From Octopus bimaculoides (lineage: Eukaryota), in the NCBI RefSeq assembly GCF_001194135.2, contig NC_069000.1, forward strand, positions 16,152,396 through 16,193,214: a stretch of DNA of 40,819 nt, given 5' to 3'. This document shows positions 13,476 through 26,116 of the stretch, one piece after another (positions within the stretch are counted from its first letter, which is position 1; every line of letters begins with the position of its first letter). A program made the translations under genes and the position numbers. The notes under the pieces are model-generated. The model was not told the DNA's origin. It saw only the letters and a list, made by a program, of their open reading frames with translations, and ran no database searches.

Positions 13476-14124
13476 TGTGCGTGCGTATCTTTGTGACTGT
13501 GGATGTGTTTGTACATGCGTGTGTACATGTATGTGTATGCGTGTGCACGTATGTGTGTATGTGTATGTAACTTACAAGCAACATTTCACAGGGTCCGGCA
13601 ACAAGAACAGGTGGAATGCCGTTGCTCCTATATTGCATGTTCTTCAAAGTCAATATTCTTTTACTCTAGTTGCTTTACTACTTTCTTTTACTTGAGCTGC
13701 CTTTACTAGTTGCTTTTCTTGTTATCTCCCTTTCTCACTCCCACTCTCTTTCATCTTTCCATCTTTCTCGTTTCACGCATTCTTACTCTCCGTGTCTTTC
13801 TTAAACGCTGTCCTTACTCTCAGTCATTCACTCGGTATGGCCAATTCACATTGTCCCATCCCCTTCTCTGTCTGTCTGTCTATCTCTGTATGTCTCTGTA
13901 TGTCTGTATGTATGTCTCTGTCTATCTCCCCGCTTCCTCTCTGTATCACTCTTTCTTTGTCACTCTCTCTCTCTCTCTCTGTCGCGTTGTTACCTCCTCG
14001 CAAATTTCTTTTGTACATTCTACTTTGTCAACTTCTCGAAATACATATATATATATATATATATATATANNNNNNNNNNNNNNNNNNNNNNNNNNNNNNN
14101 NNNNNNNNNNNNNNNNNNNNNNNN

Positions 14125-14157
<33 letters not shown>

Positions 14158-14338
14158 GAGAGAGAGAGACGAAAGAGAAAGAGAGAGGAAAGAGAGTGAA
14201 AGAATAAAGGCGTGAGAAACAGGGAGATCAACGATTTCACTACTTTCGGTACATTCTATCTATGAATTTTTCGAAGCACACAGAGAGTTAGGAAGAGATA
14301 GATTGAAAATGAGAGAGAAAGAGAGAGAGAGAGGGGGG

Positions 14339-14387
<49 letters not shown>

Positions 14388-14399
14388 AGAAAGAGGAAA

Positions 14400-14628
14400 G
14401 AGAAAAAAATAGAGAGATGAACAATCTCACATTAATTCACACTTCAAACCTCATTTTCTCGATTATTCACGCTTATGAATGTTCTATCATTCTCTCAATT
14501 TTCCTTATTCTTTTGTTGTCTTAACCCCAGATTTTATCTGTAGCTGACATATCTTTGGTTATTTTTCAGTTACTAGGAGCCGACGAATATTCCTCCGTCT
14601 TCCTTATACTTCCCTGCTAACTTCAAAG
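14400..14628 (+). promoter_or_regulatory. Gene B putative promoter/5' UTR, downstream of a (GA)n tract
   Basis: Alignable with 30390-30605 upstream of the gene C ATG (e.g. GGAGCCGA...CCTGyTAAnnTCAnAGATG). Confidence 0.45.
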
Positions 14629-14677
14629 ATGTTGTTAACTATAATTATACTGACGATGGCTTCTTACTCTTCTGCCT
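14629..14677 (+). CDS. Gene B exon 1, signal peptide MLLTIIILTMASYSSA
   Basis: ATG at 14629, hydrophobic core ending in S-S-A, canonical phase-1 donor T|gtaagt. An identical-length (49 nt) homologous exon is at 30606-30654. Confidence 0.8.
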
Positions 14678-14779
14678 GTAAGTTAAGATTAAAGAAATTA
14701 ATATTTTCTTTTCAGCTCCAACACTCAATCTTCCTCTTCAAGATTTCATACATTGGTTGCCAGACTTACTGTATTTTTG

Positions 14780-14970
14780 GTCTCATGTGATCCCACTCGC
14801 GATCGGGAGATCTTGGTATCAATGCCTGTACCTGGTGGTGCGTTATATTCTTGAACAAAACATTTATTCTGAGGTTGTTCTGCCATTACATCGACACCTG
14901 GCATGTGGTAAAGCGTGCACCTTTTCAGGCAATGTCGATTTGATGGAGGGAGTGAGTTAACGCACAACAA
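14780..14970 (+). mobile_element. Decayed SINE in gene B intron 1
   Basis: Degenerate tRNA-like head followed by GGTGCGTT.T.TTCTTGA.CAAAACA core-like motif. Confidence 0.5.
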
Positions 14971-15139
14971 ATACATTATAAACAAATTATTTGTGCATGA
15001 TGTTCGGCCAAAACCTGGGGAAGCGTTTTCTGAAATCTACGAGAGACAATTATCATCATTCATTCCTTCATATTCTTTAATGTCTTTCTTCTTCTTCTTA
15101 TATTTCTCTGATTTATGCTTCTCTTATTTTTACTTTTAG

Positions 15140-15463
15140 CTATTACGATTTCAAGAATAACACCATCTGATGGTATTGTCGCAATTAGAAAGACAGGAAA
15201 TATTACAATAACATGCCAGTATGAGGTGAATAGTCTTCCTGACTTCAAACTCCAACGAAACGGAGAGACAGTTGTACATATACAATATTCCACAAGCGAC
15301 CATAAATATGAAAAAATACAAACTACCAAAGGTTTCGACTGTAGTTTACCTACAGGTAACGCGGGTAATATTGTCTGTTGGAAAGCCACTCCCAAATGCA
15401 ATGATATAGCAAACTACACGTGTGTAACACCCGAAGAATCTTCATCCCCGAAAAGGTTTAAAG
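15140..15463 (+). CDS. Gene B exon 2, V-like Ig domain (ITISRITPSDGIVAIRKTGNITITCQY...GFDC...IVCWKATPKCNDIANYTCVTPEESSSPKRFK)
   Basis: ttttag acceptor and G|gttagg donor, 324 nt, phase 1-1. B-strand Cys and D-x-x-x-Y-x-C F-strand motif. Paralogous to 34883-35200. Confidence 0.85.
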
Positions 15464-16569
15464 GTTAGGGTTACTCGACTTTTTCACTTATTCACCTGCG
15501 TTATTATTAATTTTCAGTAGTTTAGACTGTGTATTTTTACTGCACTGTCAAGTACAGATGTGCAGAATTTTTTGTGTAGATATTCTGTACCTGCCATATA
15601 TTTTGTTGTATAATACCTAGTTGCTCCATTTTCAGTAGAGTGAAGTATACAATAGGATAGCTGATGTAGAAGGACAAGAAATTTTAATTAGTCAAATTTA
15701 AACAAATTTATAAGAACAACTCTTTATGTAAATGATAAATTCGGTCAAATTTTTATCCTTGTTTAGTCACGGTGAGATTATGTTTTAAGGATAAGATTTA
15801 GGGATAAGATTAAATCATATCCTTAGTAATCACCGTACTGCTGCTAAATATTAAATTCACTTCTCATTACTTTTCATTTCTAATGAATTATAATTAACTA
15901 TATTTCCGAGATTATCTCTCCTGCTTCAGACCGGAGTCAGTAATTTACGTAAAATGTGTTCTCATCAATAAAGATGTGACTTCATTAAAAAAATTGCTTC
16001 GATTATAGCAAGCACACAACTATTAACTTTCATGATTATCTGTAAGAATAAACCTAAGTTTTGCAGATCACGACTAACAAAATCAAAATAGTTTTGCCGG
16101 TGTTTCAGCACAAATAAAGACAGCCCGAATAAAGACCCATGCTTTGCTGCAGTCTACATTTAATAAATTTTAAGCAAAATATTGGCTTGTCTCCCTTTTT
16201 GCTTTTCTTAGCAGTGAATGAAATTAGTCATTTATAAAATTATTTATTCTGATAACAAAGGGTATTATTTTTAATTATAATATCTTGAACAGCCATATGA
16301 AGTTTACTATCACCAACTTTACTAAGTTTTCTTTAAGTAACCGTCCCTAAATATTTTCTGTATGTTGTATAAATTGGAATTTGGTTTATGCTTTTGGTGT
16401 ATCTTTTTCAATCATTCCCAAAACATCTATTACTATTGGAAATGTTTCTGTCCTCATTTCCTACAATTTAGATGTCTCTTATTAAATTAACATTTGGAAA
16501 ATTTCTCGATTTTTAATTTAGAAATAAATTATGATGTGTTGGGATTGGTATTTTGGTAAAAAAAACAAA

Positions 16570-16721
16570 AAAAACAAAACAACAAAAAAACAATAACTTG
16601 CCTTGCAATCTTTGATAATGCCAGGTCGATTAATGTTGATCACCAGGTCTGTGTGAACTGACAGATCCCAGAGTGTTGTTTTGTTGCTCGCAGGGTCCTT
16701 TTCTGATGTAACTTTAAACAC
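16570..16721 (-). mobile_element. RLE-type non-LTR retrotransposon endonuclease fragment
   Basis: Minus-strand TTLWDLSVHTDLVININRPGII resembles the ILWDxxxQTDxxIxxxRPDI motif at 27317-27739. Confidence 0.6.
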
Positions 16722-16753
16722 CCTCGTTATGTTTGTATTAATATAAAGCCAAT

Positions 16754-16890
16754 AAGGTAGCTGAGGAATTTCTTCCCTATTTAAGTTCTGATTTCAAATT
16801 CCACGGAGGTTGAGTTTTCGTTTCTCTCTTTCTGGGTCGATGAAATAAGTACCGATCAAGTACTAGGGTCGATGTAATCGACTAGACTCC
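16754..16890 (+). mobile_element. Decayed SINE (family 2)
   Basis: GGGTCGAT.AAATAAGTACC...GGGTCGATGTAATCGACT motif, the reverse complement of 17925-18147. Confidence 0.65.
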
Positions 16891-16929
16891 AATCCAAAAA
16901 TTTCATGCCTTGTTCCAACAATTTCTTCT

Positions 16930-17840
16930 AATGTCGTCGTAGTGGTGGTGGTGGTGGTGGTGATGGGCGCTGGGATTATAATCTCTAGCCCTTGGCCCCG
17001 CCAGTTCTGTTGTATTCTGGAAGCTTCAATCATCTTGATTTTATCCTCAAGCCCCATTAGAAGGGCTGAGATAATCCAGATGACACTTATTTCTGGTGGG
17101 ATTTCCTCAATAACTATTTTGGATGTTCTCCTACCCATATAAGTTGGTAATAAAATGACTTCATTGGTTTTTATCGGTTGGGGTGAGTGTTTTATAGCCT
17201 TTTCCTTATTTTTGAAGTACACCACTACTGTGGCGTATCCTCTCCCTCTGGTCAAGAACTCGATGTCTTGCCAGATGGGTTGTAGACACTTTTCGATTTG
17301 TTCTTTGGATGCTTTGTCTATTTTCTTGTCTTTTATTATCATTGTCATATATGTTATTATTTTTCTCATTGTGAGTTCGTTAGAGAGGGTGGCTTTAACA
17401 TCAAAACCTTCCCATTCGAACATACCTCTGTGTTGCCGCAGTGAATCTAGCTCTATATTCAATTTATATTTTCTCACACCGGCTGCAGTGGCAAAATTAA
17501 TCTTCTTTTGGTTGTTTTATGTTGGGTTTACTTTCCTGTTATTCATTTTATCGTTTTCAGCATTTATTTTTCTTTCTTGGTTCCTTTTTCCGTTTAGTGC
17601 ATTTACGTGGCTTTCGTTCACATTTTCGTTCATTTTATCTTGTTTTGCAGTTGCTCTTTGGTTAGCTTGGTCAGGGTTAGAAGACTTGTCCTCCGAATTC
17701 ATTTTCACAAAAAAAACAAAAAACTTTTTTTCAAAAATATTTTTTCAAAAATTATTTTAAAAATTATTTTCCCCTTCTTACGGAAGGGCAGAACAATCCA
17801 CTACGTCTGTTAAAACAGAACGTAGGTCAATAAGAAACGT
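16930..17840 (-). mobile_element. 5' portion of a LINE: 5' UTR plus disrupted ORF1/gag-like reading frame
   Basis: ORFs 17517-17708 and 16863-17477 form a broken frame with a charged low-complexity N-terminus and an RRM-like stretch (IEFLTRGRGYATVVVYFKN...SKIVIEEIPPEIS). Family assignment is inferred. Confidence 0.5.
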
Positions 17841-17924
17841 TCAAAATTTAACAATAAATGGTAACAATATACAATAACACTAACCAAATTCTTGCAGAGA
17901 CAAATTAACAGCAGCGTGCAAACG

Positions 17925-18147
17925 ATTCTTATTTTTTATTGCCCACAAGGGGCTAAACATAGAGGGGACAAACAAAGATATTAAGTCGATTACATCGATC
18001 CCAGTGCGTAACTGGTACATAATTTATCGACCCCAAAAAGGATGGAAGGCAAAGTCGACCTCGGTGGCAATTGAACTGAGAACATAACGGCAGACGAAAT
18101 ACCGCGAAGCATTTCGCCCGACGTGCTAACGATTCTGCCAGCTCGCC
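17925..18147 (-). mobile_element. tRNA-derived SINE (family 2)
   Basis: Near-identical to 20400-20620 (GGGGCTAAACATAGAGG..ACAAACAA..GTCGATTACATCGA..GCAAAGTCGACCT..GACGAAATACCGC). Confidence 0.85.
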
Positions 18148-18909
18148 ATGTGGGTGTGTGTATATATATATATATNNNNNNNNNNNNNNNNNNNNNNNNN
18201 NNNNNNNNNNNNNNNNNNNNNNNNNNNNNNNNNNNNNNNNNNNNNNNNNNNNNNNNNNNNNNNNNNNNNNNNNNNNNNNNNNNNNNNNNNNNNNNNNNNN
18301 NNNNNNNNNNNNNNNNNNNNNNNNNNNNNNNNNNNNNNNNNNNNNNNNNNNNNNNNNNNNNNNNNNNNNNNNNNNNNNNNNNNNNNNNNNNNNNNNNNNN
18401 NNNNNNNNNNNNNNNNNNNNNNNNNNNNNNNNNNNNNNNNNNNNNNNNNNNNNNNNNNACTGTGTATCAAAGGAATATTTCCGACAATTGATTATTTTTA
18501 TTGCAAGACTCTTCAATTTAGTTTGGAAAGTGTAACAATTAAAAAGTGTGCTTACGTGTACATCAAATATTTGCTGAAATGTATAGTTTTTGCTGAAGTG
18601 TATATTTGTGTGTGTATGTTTGTTTTTGCGTATGTGTCTGTACACATGAGTGTGCGCATGTGTGTGCGTGTGCGTGTGCGTGCGTGTGAGTGCGTGTGCG
18701 TGTGTATGTTTGTGCGTATGTGTGTGTGAGTGTGTATGAGCATGTAACTTAGAAGCAGTAGTTCACAAGGCCCATCATGAAGAATATTTTGAACGTGTGG
18801 ACCTTTTAGTTTAGTAAAGAAATTGCGTTTCATATTAGTGAAATCCCTAATATGCTTAGTAATATGCAAAACCAATTATTCTAACTTTTTTAACGTATTT
18901 TCTTTTCAG

Positions 18910-19234
18910 CCATATCTACCCCTCGGACAATCACAATTTACAACCGAACGAGGGAATATAACATGTTATATACAGTCTTCAGATGTGTAGTATTTGTCGT
19001 CCCGCCTAGTCCTCAAAATTTAACGATAATATGGACATTGTTCGGTCCTAATATAAACAATGTAACAAAATATGATTACCCAGTAGTTCCTGCTCCGAAG
19101 ACATGTTTTTCTCGGGTAACATCAATTTATTCTTACTCTGAGGATACCAATGACCAATATTTAAGAACCATCGCATGTCAGACACCTTATGGTTTAGTTG
19201 ATTCAAAAGTGAGCAAAGTAATGTTTACTCAGAG
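18910..19234 (+). CDS. Gene B exon 3, second Ig-like domain (ISTPRTITIYNRTREYNMLYTVFRCVVFVVPPSPQNLTIIW...KTCF...TIACQTPYGLVDSKVSKVMFTQ)
   Basis: ttttcag acceptor, phase-1 start, three conserved Cys and Trp. Donor AG|gtaaat is homologous to the gene A donor; an alternative donor AAA|gtgagc at 19208/19209 is possible. Confidence 0.8.
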
Positions 19235-19606
19235 GTAAATTAATTTTCTAATTGTTACCTTAGTGTTTTCGTGTTTTTCTTGTAGCAGTGCTTATTTAGC
19301 CTTAGGTCAGCCCAGATCTAACAGGCAGATGATCTAGGGTATTCTAGCCGTGAAAATCCCATCTGTTTTGTTTTTTTCCTTTCAGGAAGACTATACGACT
19401 ATAATATCCAACGTATACAACTTAGTGTTAAGTCAGATTTTGTGACGTATTGAAGATTTGGTTACTATTTCTAACTGGTCAAAATGCCACATAGATGTTT
19501 TCTTGTTTATATATGTCGATCACTAGTTTAAGATTTCACTGTTTACAGTTACTCTATGCTATTGTAGGTACTCATCCTTTTGATACCTTTCTTTTGTGTA
19601 ATCATA

Positions 19607-19647
<41 letters not shown>

Positions 19648-20399
19648 ATGAGTAGTCATTTAAATATCTATACCTGTGTGTCTTTGCATACACGCTTGGT
19701 TTATGCATTTATACGTGTGTGGGTGATATGCATATGTATACGTGTATATGCACATGCTTTGATGTTGGATGGTGCGTGTATTCGTATGTGCGAGATGGTA
19801 ACATAAATGCACATTATTAATAACAAGTTGGTTGGCTATCGTTTAAAATTTTAAGGACTGGTTCAATCCATATTTCCATGTTAATTAAAATTGAAAGGAA
19901 TTTGTAAGCATCTTAAACAGTTTATCAAAAATGGGTTGAGCGAAATATGGTCTTGAATAATTGGGCGGTGGTAATTAATATATTACCGACTGACTGTTGA
20001 CCTTGCCATAAGAACCCTCTGAGTAGATTGAAACCAATGCCCCTTCTTTCTCGTCAGAGGAACAGGTTTCTCTGTTCAATAGATGCATCTGCTCATGACA
20101 CCCATTTCAAGTGGAGTTGTGGAGTGGTGTGACTGATGATGCGAAAGTATGTGAAAATACTCTACAAAGGCTTTCAAATAAACAAGTCAGGCAGACGTGG
20201 ACGTCGGTTCTGAAAGGTATCTTTGTGCAGCTGTTCTCCTTCACCCAGCTGTATTCTTGGGACAAGTGCTGATAGAAGTATAGGAATTTTTTTTTCCATC
20301 TTGAAAGTTGCCAGGCACTCACTCACCCTCCTGGCAATGAGGTTGGTGAAGCATCGAATGGATTAGAAAAATTTCATCTGACGATGAAATAGAAAATAT

Positions 20400-20620
20400 C
20401 TATTTCTTTATTGCCTACAAGGGGCTAAACATAGAGGAGACAAACAAGGACAGACTAAGAGATTAGGTCGATTACATCGACCTCAGTGCGTAACTGGTAC
20501 TTATTTAATCGACCCCGAAAGGATGAAAGACAAAGTCGACCTTGGCAGAATTTGAACTCAGAACGTAACGACAGACGAAATACCGCTAAGCATTTCGCCT
20601 GGCTGCCAGATCACCGCTCT
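20400..20620 (-). mobile_element. tRNA-derived SINE (family 2)
   Basis: Homologous to 17925-18147. Confidence 0.85.
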
Positions 20621-21529
20621 TGGCATCTATAATACGATGCTGAATAGTACATTCTGCTTGACGCCAACGTTATAAATATGAGTGCCTTTATGCATCACGA
20701 ATCCATAACCACAGTATTGTGTGTTCTTACGCAGCAACCAAATTAAGTTGGGGAATAAAAACTGCCTTTTGGTATTAACACTGCTTCTGTCGCTATCAAT
20801 TAATTTTAATAGCCCTAGTGGCTACTTGCGACATTATTTCCTTAATAGACATTAATATCCTACTCATCGTTGACGGGAGATTCGGCTGATTATTTTGCTA
20901 CTGGATCTCTGTCATTGAGCAAATCACATGACCTGGCAGTTCTAGTGACCGTAGCAGACGGTTCACGTCTGTCAAAGATATAAATACGAGTGCTTTCATG
21001 CAGCACCATTTCATATGAAGTAAAGAACGCAGTATTCTGTGTTCAATATGTCTTTATGGTCATTGTTGATCTTACCCTTTTACTCGATGTAAACCCCTTT
21101 CTGCTTTCATGTTTTCTTTTTACTTCGTCCATGCAGCAGTAAAAGGAAATTGTTAGTATCATCACCCTTGTTGCGCCGTCATCATTAGTCTTCTAACGCA
21201 ATAATGGAGTTTCTTTGGAGTCATTCAACCTGTTCAAAATGTCAGCGAAGTTTTTATCAAAGTACATCTCCATACATCTTAAATAAATATACAATGGTAT
21301 CTGATAATGTAGTTTTAGACATAAAGAAAACACTTCATGGTTATGGTTGAAATGCCTTTCGTGATTGGTTTACGCAATCGCAGCTGACCTAGACGTTACA
21401 AAATATAGATCAAGTTTGACGTGCAATTATATTTAAGTTATACAACATTTAACACAAAGCTTCAGAATTGAGTAGATTTTTGTTTATGCAAATTACGATT
21501 GTAATGTATATCGCTTTCATATATCAGCC

Positions 21530-22937
21530 CCTAAATAAATACTGCTGCCATATTTCATTTTCCACTCCTTGGTAGAGTTGTTAAAGTCCTGTATATTCTG
21601 ATGGAAGCTTTCGGCTAGCTCTTCTGAGTACATCTTCATGTTCTCCTTGAAGTTATCAAGATGAATGTTAGGGACATCTTGCAAACGATTTTGTTTAAGT
21701 GCCTCACCAAAGTCTCAATCAAACTCGCTTAATTTTCTATCTTGTGAGTAAGCAGGAACCATGAATCACCGTCGCAAACTGTTTTCAAATTCTTGTTGAG
21801 TGTCTTGGGAGATTTCTTGTTTTATTTTATCTGGTCTAACAAAGGGTCTTCTTTATTTGTGTTCCAACAAAAGACACCTGCTTCGACCTTTGACGCAGAG
21901 AGCTTTAGAAAGAATTCTTGAATGTGCTTAAAGTCTGCAGACTCCTTATAAAGAGACGTTAGTAATCATTTCAGAAGACTAAATATCATGTGGAATGATG
22001 GGAACATCACCTTCCAGAGGGTCTACTAATTCTTCACGCTTACTGTTGTTCTTCACAAGTAATATGACCCGCTGTGTTTAGTACCGCCTTCGATAGTACG
22101 GCACGATGTTACTGAATCACAAAAGAAAGGACTAATAAATATGCTTCAGAAATCATTCATGAATGCCATTCTGAAATCTCCGATAACTTCTCAGCCAACC
22201 TCTACACCACATTGCTCGTGGACGTCGACTCCAACTCGATTGGAGGTTTCATAAACACGATCGTGGAGCTACTGCACAGTTTTCAGTGAATGAGCTAGGG
22301 AAAGATACAGACACATATCTTCATGGCGTAGCATGCCTTTGAGGCAGCTGCTTGAGCTGTTAATGAAGTAGTGCTGCTCGTTGAGTAAAGGCGATTCTCA
22401 AAGAGACAAGCCATATTTTGGCCGAAGCAGGGACTATCTTTCTAAATGAAAAACCTTGAAAAACCCAGGTGACATTTTTTCTACATTGTGACTAAACTTT
22501 CATCTAACCAGTGCAATTATTTGAGCTAAAACATCGAAATCTCAGAATTGGGCTTTACGCAACTAAGGTTTCTGATAAACTCGTGGAGTTGTTGGGGAAT
22601 TTTGGTTGGGGTAGTATGACTTTTTCTCATTCAAATCTGAAATTGCAATCTATTTCTACAATGCCTTCTTGTTTTCCTTGCTGCTCTCTCCAGCACAGTG
22701 GGCACGAAAACGTCAGGGCGATATGACACCGATTCGATGGATGATGGAACCTCTATTTATATCACAATGGAAAAATTCCTGCCAAATGGTCTGTATGGAA
22801 GGATATAACTTGCAGAAGTAGCAATTGCTTGAGTAGTCAACAGGTTCCTGACAAATGCTTGGAATAACGAACTTCATGGTTCTTTTTTCCCTTCTATACA
22901 ATCCTGCCAAGGAGTAAAATGGAATTGCCATTAACAA
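21530..22937 (-). pseudogene. Heavily decayed DNA transposase, CMC/Chapaev3-like
   Basis: Motifs recoverable in order across frameshifts on the minus strand: MKFVIPSICQEPVDYSSNCYFC; FINSSSSCLKGMLRH; LVDP...IIPHDI; KLSASKVEAGVF; a C-terminal MSL...FHQ.I...YQG-like segment. Family name is from recalled consensus. Confidence 0.6.
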
Positions 22938-24874
22938 AAACTAAATTTATTTTACTCATCATTAATGTGCAAAATATTTCATATTTGATATATTTTTCTA
23001 TAATACTGGAGATAAAAACATTTTAAATTAATTTTATATTATAATTTCCAGTATTGAAGTAGGCAAGAGTTTTACATCTTACCCTCGAGAGTTCTTTTGC
23101 ATTACTTTCGGACGAGGTAAGAAATAAGAAGCCCAAATTTTTTCTTGATCCCCAAAATATGTCTTGCAAAGTCATATATTTTGGCTGATTCTACCTCAAA
23201 GTACTTTTTCACTTTGACTTGATTATATTAACCAAAGACAACAAAGTGCCCCTGCGGTATAATAGCAGCCGCTTGACCTCATTGATTTTAATTAAAGCTA
23301 GGCTTACACAACATTGGTAGACGGAACAAAACTGAAATTGTCAGCTTAAGATCTTTGCATTTACATTGCGACTTCCGTTTTTGTAAGTTATAGGAAAATA
23401 TAGAAATTTCTTGAAAATCCTAAAAGATTCTGAAAAGTTCTTGAAATTTCTCGATAATTTGAGAAAATTCTCCATAAGCTTCCTGAAGTGTTCTGGAAAA
23501 TAGATAAATTTCGAAATATCATTATTGAGAACACAAAAGCAAACTTTGAAGAAGATAACCATCTCCTATAAATGTTTAGGCAGAGGCAATAAAGAAATAA
23601 CACTTACTGTCCTGAATAAACAAAATATAAAAGAAAAAATCCAGTAAACATTTTGTTACATAATGAAATTCACTTCTATAAACTGCTTCCATCACTCGTC
23701 ATCATTCTATGCTGCCACCATTCTACAGACCTACTACCAACATTCATTCATACAAACTATCACCATCACTACCATGACCATCATCAATACCATTTCAACT
23801 CATTCACATACCACTACGTGAGGTAACCATGTAAATACGCCATTTAAACACCACGTTAAAGTGGAGTATTCATTGAAATTCTCTTCATTTACGTGAACGG
23901 CAAGTAAATCATCAAGCATATGTATTGTTGCCTCTCTATTGCAAGTAACTATGCAGTATATATTTTATACACAGCTTTGTTCAACAACACATTTTAGTGT
24001 CACTTTGCAATTAATTTTTGCTTTAAAGTTATTGAAAGTAATTCCACTTTTACATACACTACACATTCCACTTTGATTCGAATTATAAAACAATACATCC
24101 GCTTTAACATTCCAGTTTTTCATATTTGAAAGCAAAATTAAAGTCTTAAATGTTCCGTCTTTATATTGAAGGAGGAACCCAAAAGAAATGGAATGACTGC
24201 GACAAAGAAATTAGGTAAATAATTTTTCTCTTTTTTACATCTCGTTCCATAACATCCAAAACTTTTTTTTTATGAGGATGAAAGTAGATGACAGAAATAA
24301 AAGAGCGAAAAATGCTTTGCTTATGCTAGCAAGACTTCCCTCTTTGTGTCACCAATATTCTCCAAGTGAAAGGCAAAGCAATGTGTGTGTATGTACGTAT
24401 GGCATATCAGGTAACTCTAGTACTGCTGGTAATATATAACCCATGGTATGTTATGTCTGTAACATTATTAAGTCTGTTTTGTAAGGAGGGTGATTTTTGT
24501 TGGTCGTCCTGCAGAACAAACAATAAAATCTGTCAAAGGGCGGATAGACTCAATAGCGTCAAAGACCATCGAATAGATGTGAGAGACTCTCTAGTCTTTG
24601 CATAGTCATCTCTCTGGGGAAAGAAAACTTTGATGTAACACAAGCGACTTCATTTGCGTCCAGTGATGTAGACTACACCATTCGAAAGCATAAAAGCCCC
24701 AAAGTAAATGTAAAATCAAGCTATCAAAAATAATCTCATATATAAGAAAAAAAAACTGCAATGCCCAAATATAATATGTCACACATATGAACTTATGTAC
24801 AAATATCAATATTACAATGAAAATTACAATCAAAATATTAAATATGCTATGAAATATAACATTACTATAAAATA

Positions 24875-25048
24875 GGCGCAGGAGTGGATGTGTGGCAAGT
24901 AGCTTGCTTACCAACCACATGGTTCCGGGTTCAGTCCCAATGCGTGGTACCTTAAGCAAATGCCTTCTATTATAGCCTCGGGCCGAGCAAAGCCTTGTAA
25001 GTAGATTTGTTAGACGGAAACTGAAAAAAAGCCCGTCGTATATATATG

Positions 25049-25089
<41 letters not shown>

Positions 25090-25280
25090 ATGTAGGTGTG
25101 TGTGTTTGTGTATCTCTGTCCCCCCCCACCATCGCTTGACAACTGATGTTGGTGTGTTTACGTCCACGTAACTTGGCGGTTCGGCAAAAGAGACCGTTAG
25201 AATAAGTCCTAGGGTCTATTTGTTCGACTAAAGGCGGTGCTCCAGCATGGCCGCAGTCAAATGACTGAAACAAATAAAAG
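24875..25280 (+). mobile_element. tRNA-derived SINE (family 1), full length
   Basis: GGCGCAGGAGTGG...GGTTCCGGGTTCAGTCCC head and CAGTCAAATGACTGAAA tail. Confidence 0.9.
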
Positions 25281-26116
25281 AATTGGAAAATATAATAAAA
25301 CATAAGAAAATAGCAGGAAAACAATAGATAAATATTAGCAAAATATAAAAATATATCCGAAAAAATATTACAAAACATGTCAAGCCGTTTTATATGATAT
25401 GATTTATTTGTGGGATTAAAATAATCACATATGGAGGATAATGATGGATTCTATACGGTCTATACGAACGACAGAAGAGGCAGAAGATTCAAGATTCTAT
25501 GACTCTTGTCTCCATATTTGGTATAGGTTTGAAGTGATATGTCTTTATCAATGCTATCTGAATGAAGCAGTGTGTTTATGTGAGGGAGAGAGGATGTAAG
25601 AGATTAAAGTTAAAGATTATACCAAGGTGCAAGTGAAAGTGACAGAATTGGAATAAGAGAAAGAGAAAGAGAAAGACAGAGAGAGAGAGAGAGAGAGAAT
25701 GAGAGAGTGAGAGTGATAGAGTGAGAGAGTAAGAGTGTGTGAGAGAGAGAGGACAACTAGAGAATAAGCAAAGAAACAAAAAGAAAATTGAAGCGAAAAA
25801 AGTAAAATGGAAATTAGGAAGAAAGAAGAAGAAAAAAGAAAAGCGAGAGAACCATAAAGAAAGAAATGAGATAATAGTTTATATTTTCTTCTCATCCAAT
25901 CACGCTCTTTCTATTTCCCTCTCGAAATACTTATAAAATGGTTCGCCATTTACCAAACGGTAGACATAGTTATCTGTAAAAAGACCAAATAATATGTTCC
26001 CTGAAGACCTTCTCATTCACTATATATTTACCCTTGCAACACCAGTTACAGAAATCCAAACAACTATAATGGTATGAACTATAATATAATACGTCGATAA
26101 TTCTTTGCTTTTGCAG

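Noticed and set aside
14716-14907. Possible in-frame cassette exon after a 38-nt micro-intron in gene B
   Set aside because: The intron is very short, most of the segment is a decayed SINE, and the homologous position in gene C (30690 onward) hits a stop after seven codons.
17155-17760. 201-aa hydrophobic + strand ORF resembling a membrane protein
   Set aside because: It is the antisense shadow of the A-rich LINE ORF1-like frame on the minus strand.
20125-20150. CTGATGA...GAAA hammerhead-like core
   Set aside because: Only 3 nt lie between the core motifs and there are no pairing stems.
20900-21300. Possible hAT-like transposase remnant on the minus strand
   Set aside because: Only a vague peptide resemblance with many stops; not supportable without a search.
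22694-22730. CACAGTG heptamer near a transposase fossil, suggesting RAG-like recombination signals for the Ig exons
   Set aside because: There is no nonamer at 12 or 23 nt, no such signals flank any Ig exon, and each V-like exon has its own splice sites; no evidence for somatic rearrangement.
23390-23530. Degenerate short-period AT-rich repeats (TTCTTGAAA-like) and overlapping ORFs
   Set aside because: Low-complexity minisatellite-like sequence with no constant repeat-spacer structure, so not a CRISPR array; no coding support.
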